A stretch of 64,000 bases of DNA from Chloroflexota bacterium (lineage in GTDB: Bacteria > Chloroflexota > Anaerolineae > UBA1429). The notes beneath the pieces are model-generated. The model was not told where the DNA came from. It made no database searches and saw only the letters and a list, made by a program, of their open reading frames with translations. The DNA lies in assembly GCA_012719135.1 (NCBI GenBank), contig JAAYAW010000047.1, positions 22,282 through 86,281 on the forward strand, read 5' to 3'. Shown piece by piece: positions 1 to 8,949 of the stretch. The stretch's first letter is position 1, and every line of letters begins with the position of its first letter. A program made the position numbers and the translations under genes.

Positions 1-791
1 CCATACATCTCCTCCACGTGGCCGTTAACGTGCCCGAGATACTCCTGTTGCGCCCGGAAGAATCGCTGGGACTTGGACACGACAAAGGCCATGGCGCCCG
101 CCGAGAGCGGGACGATCATGAGCGCGGCCAGCGTCATCTGCCAGGAGATCGTCAGCATCATGATCAGAACGCCGATCACAGTCACCAGGGACGAGATCAT
201 CTGCGAGAGGCTGTGGCTCAGCGTCTGGTTCACCGCATCCACGTCGTTCGTGAGGCGAGAGAGCACCTCGCCATGGCTGGTGCCGTCAAAGTAGCGCAGC
301 GGCATCCGGTTGACCTTTTCGGCGATGTCCCGGCGCAGCCGGTAGGCGATGTCCGTCGATACGCCGGACATGATCCATCCCTGGATGTAGGAGAGCAGCG
401 AGGACGCTAGATACAGCGCGCCCACCGTGACCAGAACGCGCCCAATGTAGGCCAAGTCCACGCCGGAACCGGTGCCCTGGACCTGAGCCAAAACGTTCTC
501 AAAGAGCCGGGTAGTCGCTCGCCCCAGGATCTTGGGGCTGATGATATGGAACACAGTCGATCCGGCAGCCACCAGCATGACAATCAGAATCGAGATCCGG
601 TAGGCACCCAGATAGGCGATGAGCTTGCGCATGGTGCCCTTAAAGTCGCGGGCCTTTTCGCCGGGCATGAAGGACATCGGGCCGCCCCGGCGGGGCGGCG
701 GTCGCTGTCCGCCGGGCCGACCGGGCCCGCCAGCCGGCATGCTGCCGTGAGCCCTCTGGTTCGACGTTTGCCGGGATGCCTGCACGCTCAT
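1..791 (-). CDS. ABC exporter (fused permease/ATPase), N-terminal transmembrane part only. The gene runs off the left edge. Probable heterodimer partner of the 760-aa ABC protein upstream.
   Basis: Own translation of the minus strand from the ATG at 789-791: MSVQASRQ...KGTMRKLIAYLGAYRISILIVMLVAAGS...SGVSTDIAYRLRRDIAEKVNRMPLRYFDGTSHGEVLSRLTNDVDAVNQ. This is a typical type-I ABC exporter TMD. The ATG overlaps the TGA of the upstream gene (ATGA at 788-791). It is absent from the ORF track because there is no stop codon in the window. Confidence 0.8.
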   Translation of the reverse strand, partial: MSVQASRQTSNQRAHGSMPAGGPGRPGGQRPPPRRGGPMSFMPGEKARDFKGTMRKLIAYLGAYRISILIVMLVAAGSTVFHIISPKILGRATTRLFENVLAQVQGTGSGVDLAYIGRVLVTVGALYLASSLLSYIQGWIMSGVSTDIAYRLRRDIAEKVNRMPLRYFDGTSHGEVLSRLTNDVDAVNQTLSHSLSQMISSLVTVIGVLIMMLTISWQMTLAALMIVPLSAGAMAFVVSKSQRFFRAQQEYLGHVNGHVEEMY

Positions 792-3070
792 GCCAACTCC
801 TCCCTGCTCAACTGCGAGAACGCAATATCCTGGTACGTTGGGCAGGTCTCCATCAATTCGCTGTGCGTGCCCCGCCCGACGACGCGCCCTTCGTCCAGGA
901 CGATGATCTGCTCGGCATGGCGTATCGTGGCCACTCGCTGGGTGACGATGATGACCGTGGAGTTACCGGTCTCCTCCTTGAGCGCCCGGCGCAGGGCCGC
1001 ATCCGTTCGATAGTCCAGGGCGGAAAACGAGTCGTCAAAGATGAAAATCGGTGGCCGCTTCACGAGTGCGCGGGCGATGGACAGGCGCTGCCGCTGACCG
1101 CCGGAGACGTTAGCGCCGCCCTGCGCGATCTCGGCATCGATCCCTTCCTCTCGCGCGGCGATGAACTCCTCGGCCTGTGCAATGCGCGTGGCCTGTTGCA
1201 GGACGTCTGGCGATGCCTCTCGATCGCCATAGAGCAGGTTGCTGGCGATGGTACCCGAAAAGAGCGTGGCCACTTGCGGGATGTAGCCGATACGATCGCG
1301 CAGATCGGCCTGGCGGACCTCCCGCACATCGACGCCGGAGATCAGAATGGCGCCTTCCGTCACATCGTAAAAGCGGGGAATCAGGTTCACCAGAGTCGAC
1401 TTGCCCGATCCCGTCGAGCCGATCAGCGCCGTGGTCTCGCCAGGGGCAGCCGTGAAGCTGATCGCGTGCAGCACGTCCTCCTGTGCGCTGGGATAGCGGA
1501 AGGAGACGTTGCGGAACTCGACCGAGCCACTAAACGGCTCTGGTAACGCGCGCGGCGAAGGCGGATCGGCGATGGCGAGTTCGGTTTCGAGCACATCCGC
1601 GACGCGATCGCCAGAGACGGCCGCCCGCGGCAGGTTGATGAACATCATGGACATCATCATAAAGGACATGAGGATCTGGCCAGCGTACTGCATAAAGGCC
1701 ATCATATCGCCCACCTGCAGCGCAGACTGGGCGATTTGATGCGCGCCCACCCAGATGATCGCGAGCGAGAGCCCCGTCATGATCAGCGTCATCACGGGCA
1801 TCAGCGTCACCATCACGCGGGCCACGTACAGCGAAATGCTGGTGAGCTCCGTATTGGCTGTGTCAAAGCGCCGGGCCTCGTCTCCTTGCTTGTTGAACGC
1901 CCGTATGACCATCATCCCGCTGAGATGCTCGCGCATCACCAGGTTCAGGCGGTCGATCTTGCTCTGGATAACCCGGAAGCGCGGCATCGCCGCGGAGAAC
2001 ACGACCGCCAACACGCCAATGAGGGCGATGACAGCGAGCGCGATGAGCCACCACATGCTGCTGGACTTGCCGAGAGCGCGGATGACGCCGCCCACGCCCA
2101 TGATCGGCGCATAGGCGACCATACGGATGCTCATGCCCACGACCATCTGCACCTGCGTGATATCATTGGTGGAGCGCGTGATCAGAGAGGCGGTGGAGAA
2201 CCGATCGAACTCGGAACTGGAAAAAGACTCCACCTTGGAGAACACCGCCCGGCGCAGATCGCGTGCGACGCCCGAAGACGTCCTTGACGAGAGAAAGCCC
2301 ACCGTGATGGTGCACACCCCGCCGAGCAGCGATACGAGCAGCATGACCAGGCCGATCCGCAGGATGTAGCGCTGCTGCAGGCCGGTCACATCCACTCCCA
2401 TGGCCAGATACTCGTTCCGTATCTGCGCCCTGGCCATCTGCATGACCATGCTCTCGCCGAGAGCGGCCGTCTGCGCACTGATTGCTTCGCTTGCCGTTTC
2501 CTTCTGGGCCTGGGGCAAAGCCTCCAGGAGAACGAAAACGTCTGCCCCTTCCGACAGCGCCGCCAGCAGCGATGGATCGATCCCCAGCGCCGTCATCCCC
2601 GCGGCCGGATCCGTCCCGGCGGGAGTCTCGGACAAGCCCCCCTCTTTGACCAGCGCAGCCATCTGCTCGATCCCGGATAGCGCCGCCAGAGCCGGTGCCA
2701 GAGCCGCGTCCAGGGCCGCTGTCGTCTCCCGTTCAATCTCCCCACGAACGTAGACCGGTTCGCTATCAAGGATCGGAAACCGCGTGATGTACGGAATGGC
2801 TTCGGCGGAGAGAGGCTGCACCAGCGTATAGTTCTGCCGTATCAGCTCCCGATCATCCTCGTCGACAAGGAGCAAGAGGCGATCCAGCTGCTGCGCGCGC
2901 ATGGCGTCCGGTACCGCGTTATCGATCCCGCTCTGCTGGATGCCCACGTTGACGATGCGCGACATATAGTCGGGCAGCGCGAGCTCGGCGTTTGCCTGCA
3001 CATAGAGCAGTGCCACGGCCATGACGATCAGGAGCCAATAGGGCTTGAGGTACGGGAGCAGTCTCTTCAC
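788..3070 (-). CDS. ABC exporter permease/ATP-binding protein (760 aa) with a degenerate nucleotide-binding site and a large insert between TM1 and TM2.
   Basis: Walker A is GSTGSGKST and the signature is VSGGQRQRLSIA. Walker B reads IFIFDDSFSALD (Asp in place of the catalytic Glu). The switch loop reads IIVTQRV (Gln in place of His). GTG start with a GAGGA Shine-Dalgarno about 9 nt upstream. Confidence 0.9.
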   Translation of the reverse strand: MKRLLPYLKPYWLLIVMAVALLYVQANAELALPDYMSRIVNVGIQQSGIDNAVPDAMRAQQLDRLLLLVDEDDRELIRQNYTLVQPLSAEAIPYITRFPILDSEPVYVRGEIERETTAALDAALAPALAALSGIEQMAALVKEGGLSETPAGTDPAAGMTALGIDPSLLAALSEGADVFVLLEALPQAQKETASEAISAQTAALGESMVMQMARAQIRNEYLAMGVDVTGLQQRYILRIGLVMLLVSLLGGVCTITVGFLSSRTSSGVARDLRRAVFSKVESFSSSEFDRFSTASLITRSTNDITQVQMVVGMSIRMVAYAPIMGVGGVIRALGKSSSMWWLIALAVIALIGVLAVVFSAAMPRFRVIQSKIDRLNLVMREHLSGMMVIRAFNKQGDEARRFDTANTELTSISLYVARVMVTLMPVMTLIMTGLSLAIIWVGAHQIAQSALQVGDMMAFMQYAGQILMSFMMMSMMFINLPRAAVSGDRVADVLETELAIADPPSPRALPEPFSGSVEFRNVSFRYPSAQEDVLHAISFTAAPGETTALIGSTGSGKSTLVNLIPRFYDVTEGAILISGVDVREVRQADLRDRIGYIPQVATLFSGTIASNLLYGDREASPDVLQQATRIAQAEEFIAAREEGIDAEIAQGGANVSGGQRQRLSIARALVKRPPIFIFDDSFSALDYRTDAALRRALKEETGNSTVIIVTQRVATIRHAEQIIVLDEGRVVGRGTHSELMETCPTYQDIAFSQLSREELA

Positions 3071-3336
3071 AGGGGATTCCTCGCGGGCAACAGAATAGGG
3101 AGATGGTTGAGCATGCTAGTTCGACATTGTACTCCATGGGCCCCACAGACCCCAAGTCCGCACCGGCAGCCTGCCTCGCGAGCGCGGCGTCTTCCGCGCC
3201 GCGTGACCTGCAGCGCAAGCCGTGGCACGCTCTATCAGGCCGTCTTGTGGAAAGCCCCAGCAAGCGTATACTCCGCCCATGGCGCTGCAGAGATCCTGCC
3301 GCGCCGGACTGCTACCATGCCTGCCCGGAGCTTGCC

Positions 3337-4593
3337 TTGAACACACTCCTCAAGCATCCACTCTTCCAGACGCTGCGCGAACTCAAGGGCAATCCCCGCG
3401 CCTGCGTGTTCACCGAACCGATGTTCGGGATCCCGTACAACCTGTTCTATCCCTTCTTTTCCGTCTATATGCTGGCTCTGGGCGTCACCGACCAGTGGAT
3501 CGGTGCGATTGCCAGCCTGGGCCTGGCCTCACAGATTCTCACGACGGTGATCAGCGGCGCGATCGTGGACAAGTACGGGAGACGGCTAACGCTCTTTATC
3601 ACGGACATCGTCTCCTTCAGCATTCCCTGCCTGATATGGGCCTTTGCCCAGGATGTTCGGTACTTTGCCGCCGCTGCCGTGATCAACAGCTTGTATCGCA
3701 TCTCGCACACGGCCTGGACCTGCCTCATGATCGAGGAAGCGGAACAACGGCACCTGGTCCACATCTGGACCTGGGTGACCATTTCAGGGATCTGCACGAG
3801 CTTCTTTACGCCCATCGGCGGCTGGTTTGTGGGGCGATACGGCGTCATCGCCGCCATGCGGGGAATCTATATCTTTGCATTCATCATGCTCACGGCCAAG
3901 GCCATCGTGCTCTACGCCTACTCCACAGAGACACCACGGGGCAGAGAGCGCATGATAGAGACCCGGCACCGGTCGCTGACGAGCTTGCTGGGGGAGTACC
4001 GTGGCGTGCTCAGGCAGATCCTGCGTTCGCCAGGGATCGTGGCCGCGCTCTCGTTGATGATCGTCACGAACATATACGCGACTGTGAACGGCAGCTTCTG
4101 GGGGGTACTCTTTACCACAAAGTTGGGCTTTCCCGAGTCGCAGATCTCCCTCTTTGTGATGCTCCGGTCGATCATCATGGCCGTGTGCTTTTTCACCGTC
4201 GGCCCCCGGCTGACGAGCATTCGCAACTTCAGGCTGCCCCTTTGGCTGGGTTTCTCAGCCTGCTTCCTGAGTCAGTTGCTGCTGGTGCTGATGCCCGCGC
4301 GCTCCATCCTGCCCCTGATAGCCAGTGTGCTGATGGAGGCAACAGGATGGGCCCTTGCCAGCCCGATGATCGAAGCACTGCTGGCCGTGGCGCTGGAATC
4401 ACACGAGCGCGCTCGCATCAGTGCCATGGTCTACATGGCGCTGATCCTGGTTACGTCCCCCTTTGGCTGGATTGCGGGGCAACTCTCGGCGGCCGACCGG
4501 GCCCTTCCCTTTGCCCTCAACATGGTCCTATTTGGCATAGGCATCGTGCTTGTGCGCATCATCGACGTACGCAGGACACTGCAGACCTCCTAG
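3337..4593 (+). CDS. MFS transporter.
   Basis: About 12 hydrophobic segments and the MFS motif-A-like sequence IVDKYGRRLTL. The first ~78 codons of the 3103 ORF are Pro/Arg/Ala-rich and look non-coding. I chose the in-frame TTG at 3337, but the start is uncertain. Confidence 0.75.
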   Translation: MNTLLKHPLFQTLRELKGNPRACVFTEPMFGIPYNLFYPFFSVYMLALGVTDQWIGAIASLGLASQILTTVISGAIVDKYGRRLTLFITDIVSFSIPCLIWAFAQDVRYFAAAAVINSLYRISHTAWTCLMIEEAEQRHLVHIWTWVTISGICTSFFTPIGGWFVGRYGVIAAMRGIYIFAFIMLTAKAIVLYAYSTETPRGRERMIETRHRSLTSLLGEYRGVLRQILRSPGIVAALSLMIVTNIYATVNGSFWGVLFTTKLGFPESQISLFVMLRSIIMAVCFFTVGPRLTSIRNFRLPLWLGFSACFLSQLLLVLMPARSILPLIASVLMEATGWALASPMIEALLAVALESHERARISAMVYMALILVTSPFGWIAGQLSAADRALPFALNMVLFGIGIVLVRIIDVRRTLQTS

Positions 4594-4648
4594 AACCAAT
4601 AGCAGCATACAAAGACCCTCATACAGACCAAAGAAAGGCGAATCCATC

Positions 4649-5467
4649 ATGCCTGTGTGCGAGATACTGGCCATCGGCAACGAACTCTTGCAGGGCGATG
4701 TACTCGATACGAACACGCACTGGCTAATCCAGCAGATCACGGCGATCGGGGGGTTCATCGGACGCACAGCGATGCTACGAGACGATGGCGCGGCGATCGT
4801 TGGCGCTCTGCAGGACGCCCGCGAGCGCAAAGTCGATTTGATCATTACGTCAGGAGGGCTCGGCCCAACCGATGACGATCTCACGCTGGAAGCGGTCTCT
4901 GTGGCGACCGGCTGCCCCCTTGAGCTCTGCCCTGAGGCCCGCGAGATGGTCGCAGAGACCTACCGTGTCCTTGCGGCGCGGGGCCTGTTCCCCGATGCCG
5001 ACATGACCCCTGCCCGCGAAAAGATGGCCCGTCTTCCGCAGGGAGCGATCCCCCTGGCCAACTCGGCGGGAGCGGCACCGGGGGTTCTGCTCAGCTGGGA
5101 GAATAGTCGCATCGTATGTCTCCCCGGCGTGCCGGGCGAACTCAAAGCGATCTACTCCGAATCTTTGAGGCCGATCCTCCGGGGCATGTTCGGCGAAAGC
5201 ACCTTCATCGAGTGGTGCCTGACGGCGGATTGCGCAGACGAGTCCTTGCTGGCGCCAGTGCTGGCCGCAGTCCAGCGCCAGCATACAGAGGTCTACATCA
5301 AGTCGAGGGCCAGGCGATTGGGCATTGACCTCACCTTTGACATCACGCTCTCCTGCTCCGGCGTTGAAGTGGACCAGCTGGAGGCCGCGCTCCGCTCCGC
5401 AGCAACCGAGCTGCAGGCGGCCCTGGTGGGAGCGGGCATCCCCGTACTCGACATCACTCAGAGATGA
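4649..5467 (+). CDS. CinA-like / COG1058 protein with a molybdopterin-binding (MoCF_biosynth) domain.
   Basis: MPVCEILAIGNELLQGDVLDTNTHWL...VDLIITSGGLGPTDDDLTLEAV is the CinA N-terminal / MoaB-MogA fold signature. ATG at 4649 is preceded by AAAGG. Confidence 0.8.
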   Translation: MPVCEILAIGNELLQGDVLDTNTHWLIQQITAIGGFIGRTAMLRDDGAAIVGALQDARERKVDLIITSGGLGPTDDDLTLEAVSVATGCPLELCPEAREMVAETYRVLAARGLFPDADMTPAREKMARLPQGAIPLANSAGAAPGVLLSWENSRIVCLPGVPGELKAIYSESLRPILRGMFGESTFIEWCLTADCADESLLAPVLAAVQRQHTEVYIKSRARRLGIDLTFDITLSCSGVEVDQLEAALRSAATELQAALVGAGIPVLDITQR

Positions 5468-5548
5468 TCGCGACACGTGAGCCGCATACGCCCCAGCACA
5501 ACGGTTTGCACGGGAACCCCGCGCAGCGCCTCTGCCAGTATACCTGCC

Positions 5549-5576
5549 TTGACGATATCCTCCCCTCCGGTAGAAT
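5549..5576 (+). promoter_or_regulatory. Candidate sigma70-type promoter for the lipoprotein-wtpAB unit.
   Basis: TTGACG (5549-5554), 16-nt spacer, TAGAAT (5571-5576). It lies about 40 nt upstream of the ATG at 5617, which has a GAGGGAAGGGG Shine-Dalgarno. Confidence 0.4.
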
Positions 5577-5616
5577 GCCCGCGGGGGGGAATCCAGCCTC
5601 GAGGGAAGGGGTTCCG

Positions 5617-7020
5617 ATGAGACGATCACTCTTGCTGCTGCTGTCCGCGTGTGTGCTGATTTTGGGGCTTGCCGGGTGTGGGGCCCAGGGCTCCGATGAA
5701 ACGGTGCTCGAACTCGTTCATGACGACACGGTCATCGAGCTGAGCCTGCGGGATCTCCAGAAGATGCCTTCCGCTGAGGGCCTGGCCGGCATCATGTCTT
5801 CCACGGGCAAGATCACAGCACCGGTCGTCCACAAGGGCGTGCTGCTGACCACCCTGCTCGATGAACTCGGCGGGCTGGACGAGAGCAGCAGCGTCCAGGT
5901 TCAGGCTTCAGATGGCTATGCCATGACCCTCTCCGCTAACCAGATCACCAGCGGGCAGTTTGCGACCTATGATGTCGCCACCGGGGATGAAGTCGAGCCT
6001 GAGGGACCGCTGCAGGTGCTGATCGCGTACGAGCGCGATGGCGAACTCATGAACAAAGAGCAGGAGGGCACCTTGCGGATGGTGGTGATCGGCAGCTCTC
6101 CGCTCCAGGTGGTCGATGGGCACTGGTCCGTCAAATGGACCAATCGCATCGAACTGAAAGAGGCGCTGGAGGATTGGACCGTTGACTTTGTCGGCGCCAT
6201 CTCCGCTCCAATGGATCGTGGCACCTTCGAATCCGGCGCAGCAGAGGGCTGCCACCAGGAGAACTGGACAGATGAAGAGGGCCGCGTATGGTCCGGCATC
6301 CCGTTGTTCTACCTGCTGGGGCGCGTCGATGACGAGATCAAGCATGGAGACGACGCCTACCGCGATGATCTTGCCCGGGCCGGCTACACGATCGAGGTCA
6401 CTGCCAAGGACGGCTACAGCGTCACTCTGGATTCTGCACTCGTGACTCGCAATGACAACATCTTCCTGGCCTATCTGGTGGATGGTCAGGCGCTGGAGGG
6501 TGACGCCTTTCCGCTCCGCCTGGTCGGCTCTGAGATCGACGCCTCGCAGATGATCGGCGGCATCACAAAGGTCGTGATTCACTTCCCCGGCGACGAGACC
6601 GACGCCGGCGACGCCGCCCAGTCGGAGGCCGGGGCCGCGTCAGCAGAGCCAGCGGTGGTCGGCCCGCAGGCAGCTGCGCTCACCATCCGCACGGCGACGG
6701 GCGATGAGGTAATACTGTCGATGTCCGATCTGAGCGACCTGGCCGTGGTCAACACGTCGGTCGAACACCCCAGCAAGGGCCCGATGGACGTCACCGGTGT
6801 GCCGGTGGCGCAGGTTCTGGCCGCGGCAGACGCACAGAGTGAGGGCCAGATCGTAGTCTTCACCGCCAGCGACGGATACAGCGTGGAGATCCCCATGCCG
6901 GACGTGCTGGCGTGTGAGGAATGCCTGGTGGGTTGGGACGAGGAGATGCTGCGCAGCTACATGCCGGGCTTTGAAGGCGGCATGTGGGTCAAGGATCTGG
7001 CATCAATCGAAGTGGAGTAG
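5617..7020 (+). CDS. Exported lipoprotein with three tandem sulfite-oxidase-fold-like (oxidoreductase molybdopterin-binding-like) repeats.
   Basis: Signal peptide plus lipobox MRRSLLLLLSACVLILGLAGC. There are three modules of roughly 130-150 aa, each containing (A/S)xDGY(A/S)(M/V)(T/E)(L/I) and two of them ending in an LRxVV...VKW...IEL-like motif. Confidence 0.65.
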   Translation: MRRSLLLLLSACVLILGLAGCGAQGSDETVLELVHDDTVIELSLRDLQKMPSAEGLAGIMSSTGKITAPVVHKGVLLTTLLDELGGLDESSSVQVQASDGYAMTLSANQITSGQFATYDVATGDEVEPEGPLQVLIAYERDGELMNKEQEGTLRMVVIGSSPLQVVDGHWSVKWTNRIELKEALEDWTVDFVGAISAPMDRGTFESGAAEGCHQENWTDEEGRVWSGIPLFYLLGRVDDEIKHGDDAYRDDLARAGYTIEVTAKDGYSVTLDSALVTRNDNIFLAYLVDGQALEGDAFPLRLVGSEIDASQMIGGITKVVIHFPGDETDAGDAAQSEAGAASAEPAVVGPQAAALTIRTATGDEVILSMSDLSDLAVVNTSVEHPSKGPMDVTGVPVAQVLAAADAQSEGQIVVFTASDGYSVEIPMPDVLACEECLVGWDEEMLRSYMPGFEGGMWVKDLASIEVE

Positions 7021-7035
7021 AGTAGGCACTATGCT

Positions 7036-7067
7036 CCCGGGTGGCCGGGCCAGCCCGGCCACCCGGG
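7036..7067 (+). terminator. GC-rich hairpin 20 nt upstream of the wtpA start. Could be a terminator or an attenuator.
   Basis: CCCGGGTGGCCGGGC-CA-GCCCGGCCACCCGGG forms perfect 15-nt arms and is followed by CTTTCG (a weak U tract). Confidence 0.4.
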
Positions 7068-7086
7068 CTTTCGACTGGGAGCCCGA

Positions 7087-8151
7087 ATGATCAGAAGATG
7101 CCTGTTGAGCCTGTTCGTCGTCTGCGCTGCCCTCCTGGGGGCTTGCACGCCCAAGCGGACACCGTTGGTCGTTTACGCCGCAGGGAGCCTCATTGTCCCG
7201 TTCAGCGAGCTTGAGCTGGCCTTCGAGGCTCAGCACCCGGAGATCGACGTGCTGTCCGAGTTTCACGGCTCGATTCAGGTGATGCGGCATGTCACAGATC
7301 TCCACGAGGAGATCGATGTGGTCGCAACCGCGGACAGAGCCCTGATCCCCATGCTGATGTACGCCAACGCACCGGACACCGGTTCGGAGCCGTACGCCAC
7401 CTGGAACATCGGGATGGCGGGCAACCGCATGGCGATCGCCTACACGCCGAACAGCAAGTACGCCAGCGAGATCAGCCAGGACAACTGGTGGCAAGTCCTC
7501 GCCCGCGAGGATGTCCGGGTGGGCCTGTCCGATCCACGCTTTGACGCCGTAGGCTATCGCGGGCTCATGGTTCTCGCTATGGCGGAGGACCATTACGAGG
7601 CGACGGGCCTTTACGGAGACATCCTCGACGGGCAGTTCCGTACCCCGATCCAGCGCATTGACCTAGACGATCGCTACATCATCCGGGTTCCAGAGGTGCT
7701 GGAGACAAAGGAAGGCTCCCACATCCGTATGCGTGGTTCGAGCGTCGCGTTGATTTCGCTGCTGCAGGCGGGGGAAATCGACTATGCCTTTGAGTATGAG
7801 AGCGTCATCCGTCAGCACGGTTTTGACTACGTGGAGCTGCCGCCGGAGCTGAACATGGGCGAACCTGACATGGAGGACGCGTATGGCCGGGCGACGGTGG
7901 TCCTGGACTTTCAGCGCTTTGCCACGGTCAAGCCCGAGTTCCACGGAGAGCAGATCGCCTACGGCATAACGATTCCGAGCAACGCGCCGCATCCTGAGGC
8001 CGCCGCTCTCTATCTAGAGTTCCTCTTTAGTGAAGAGGGGCAGGAGATCATGGCGCAGAACCACCATCCCCTCCACGTCCCCGCACGAGTGGACGCGCCT
8101 CAGAACCTGCCCGCGGAGCTGGCACTGCCGCTGGATCGCCCCTCATCATGA
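7087..8151 (+). CDS. wtpA: Tungstate/molybdate ABC transporter substrate-binding lipoprotein, WtpA type.
   Basis: Lipobox LLGAC. The sequence is co-linear with my recollection of archaeal WtpA: VVYAAGSLIVPFSELE, ATADRALIP, NRMAIAYTPNSKYA, NWWQVL, GLSDPRFDAVGYRG, AGEIDYAFEYESV, HGFDYVELPPE, YGITIPSNAP. Confidence 0.85.
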   Translation: MIRRCLLSLFVVCAALLGACTPKRTPLVVYAAGSLIVPFSELELAFEAQHPEIDVLSEFHGSIQVMRHVTDLHEEIDVVATADRALIPMLMYANAPDTGSEPYATWNIGMAGNRMAIAYTPNSKYASEISQDNWWQVLAREDVRVGLSDPRFDAVGYRGLMVLAMAEDHYEATGLYGDILDGQFRTPIQRIDLDDRYIIRVPEVLETKEGSHIRMRGSSVALISLLQAGEIDYAFEYESVIRQHGFDYVELPPELNMGEPDMEDAYGRATVVLDFQRFATVKPEFHGEQIAYGITIPSNAPHPEAAALYLEFLFSEEGQEIMAQNHHPLHVPARVDAPQNLPAELALPLDRPSS

Positions 8152-8924
8152 GTCGCGACGCCTTCCCCGCCGGGCTGATCATCGCTGCCAGCCTCCTGGT
8201 GCTCTTTGTTGTGTTGCCGCTGGCCGTGACCATGCTTTCCACGTCGCTGCCCGCCGTGCTGGAGGCCATCGTTGATCCGGAGGTGGCGCGGTCTCTGGGC
8301 GTGACGTTTCTCGCGGGTGCCATTTCCTCGACCGTCGGTCTGATCCTGGGCCTGCCGCTCGCTTATATCCTGGCACGGGGCAACTTTCCTGGCAGAGAGA
8401 CGCTGGCGGCGGTGGTCGATCTGCCGATGATCATCCCACATACGGCGGCAGGCATCGCGCTCCTGCTGGTCTTTGGCCGCCAGGGGCTGCTTGGCCGTGG
8501 GTTTTCACGGCTGGGCATCACCTTCGCGGACAGCCTCGGTGGCATCGTCGTGGGAATGCTGTTCGTGAGCCTGCCGCTGCTGGTGGGCGCGAGCCGTGAA
8601 GCCTTCGCTGCGGTGCATCCGGACTATGAGCAGGCCGCCCGGGTGGACGGCGCGGGCTTCTGGGGCACGCTGTGGCACGTGACTCTGCCGCTCGCATGGC
8701 GCGGGATTCTGAGTGGAGCGATCATGATGTGGGCGCGCGGGATCAGCGAGTTCGGTGCGGTGGTCATCCTGGCCTACTCGCCTCGCATTATGCCTGTACT
8801 GATCTACGAACGCTTTATGGGTTTCGGCCTGGCCTCGGCCCAGCCCGTCACCGTTATCCTGATCGTCGTGGTGTTGCTCTTGTTCGCGCTTCTCCGCTGG
8901 TTGGCCCGGTCCCTGGACGCGTGA
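8148..8924 (+). CDS. wtpB: Tungstate/molybdate ABC transporter permease.
   Basis: Six hydrophobic segments and an EAA-like loop (YEQAARVDGAGFWGTLWHVTLP). ATGA overlap with wtpA. Confidence 0.85.
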   Translation: MSRDAFPAGLIIAASLLVLFVVLPLAVTMLSTSLPAVLEAIVDPEVARSLGVTFLAGAISSTVGLILGLPLAYILARGNFPGRETLAAVVDLPMIIPHTAAGIALLLVFGRQGLLGRGFSRLGITFADSLGGIVVGMLFVSLPLLVGASREAFAAVHPDYEQAARVDGAGFWGTLWHVTLPLAWRGILSGAIMMWARGISEFGAVVILAYSPRIMPVLIYERFMGFGLASAQPVTVILIVVVLLLFALLRWLARSLDA

Positions 8925-8949
8925 GCCGGTTAAGGCCCAACGCTCCCGC

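Noticed and set aside
3222-4727. 501-aa plus-strand ORF overlapping the MFS transporter gene in another frame.
   Set aside because: Its translation is Arg/Pro/Gly/His-rich with no hydrophobic segments. The alternative frame gives a coherent 12-TM MFS protein.
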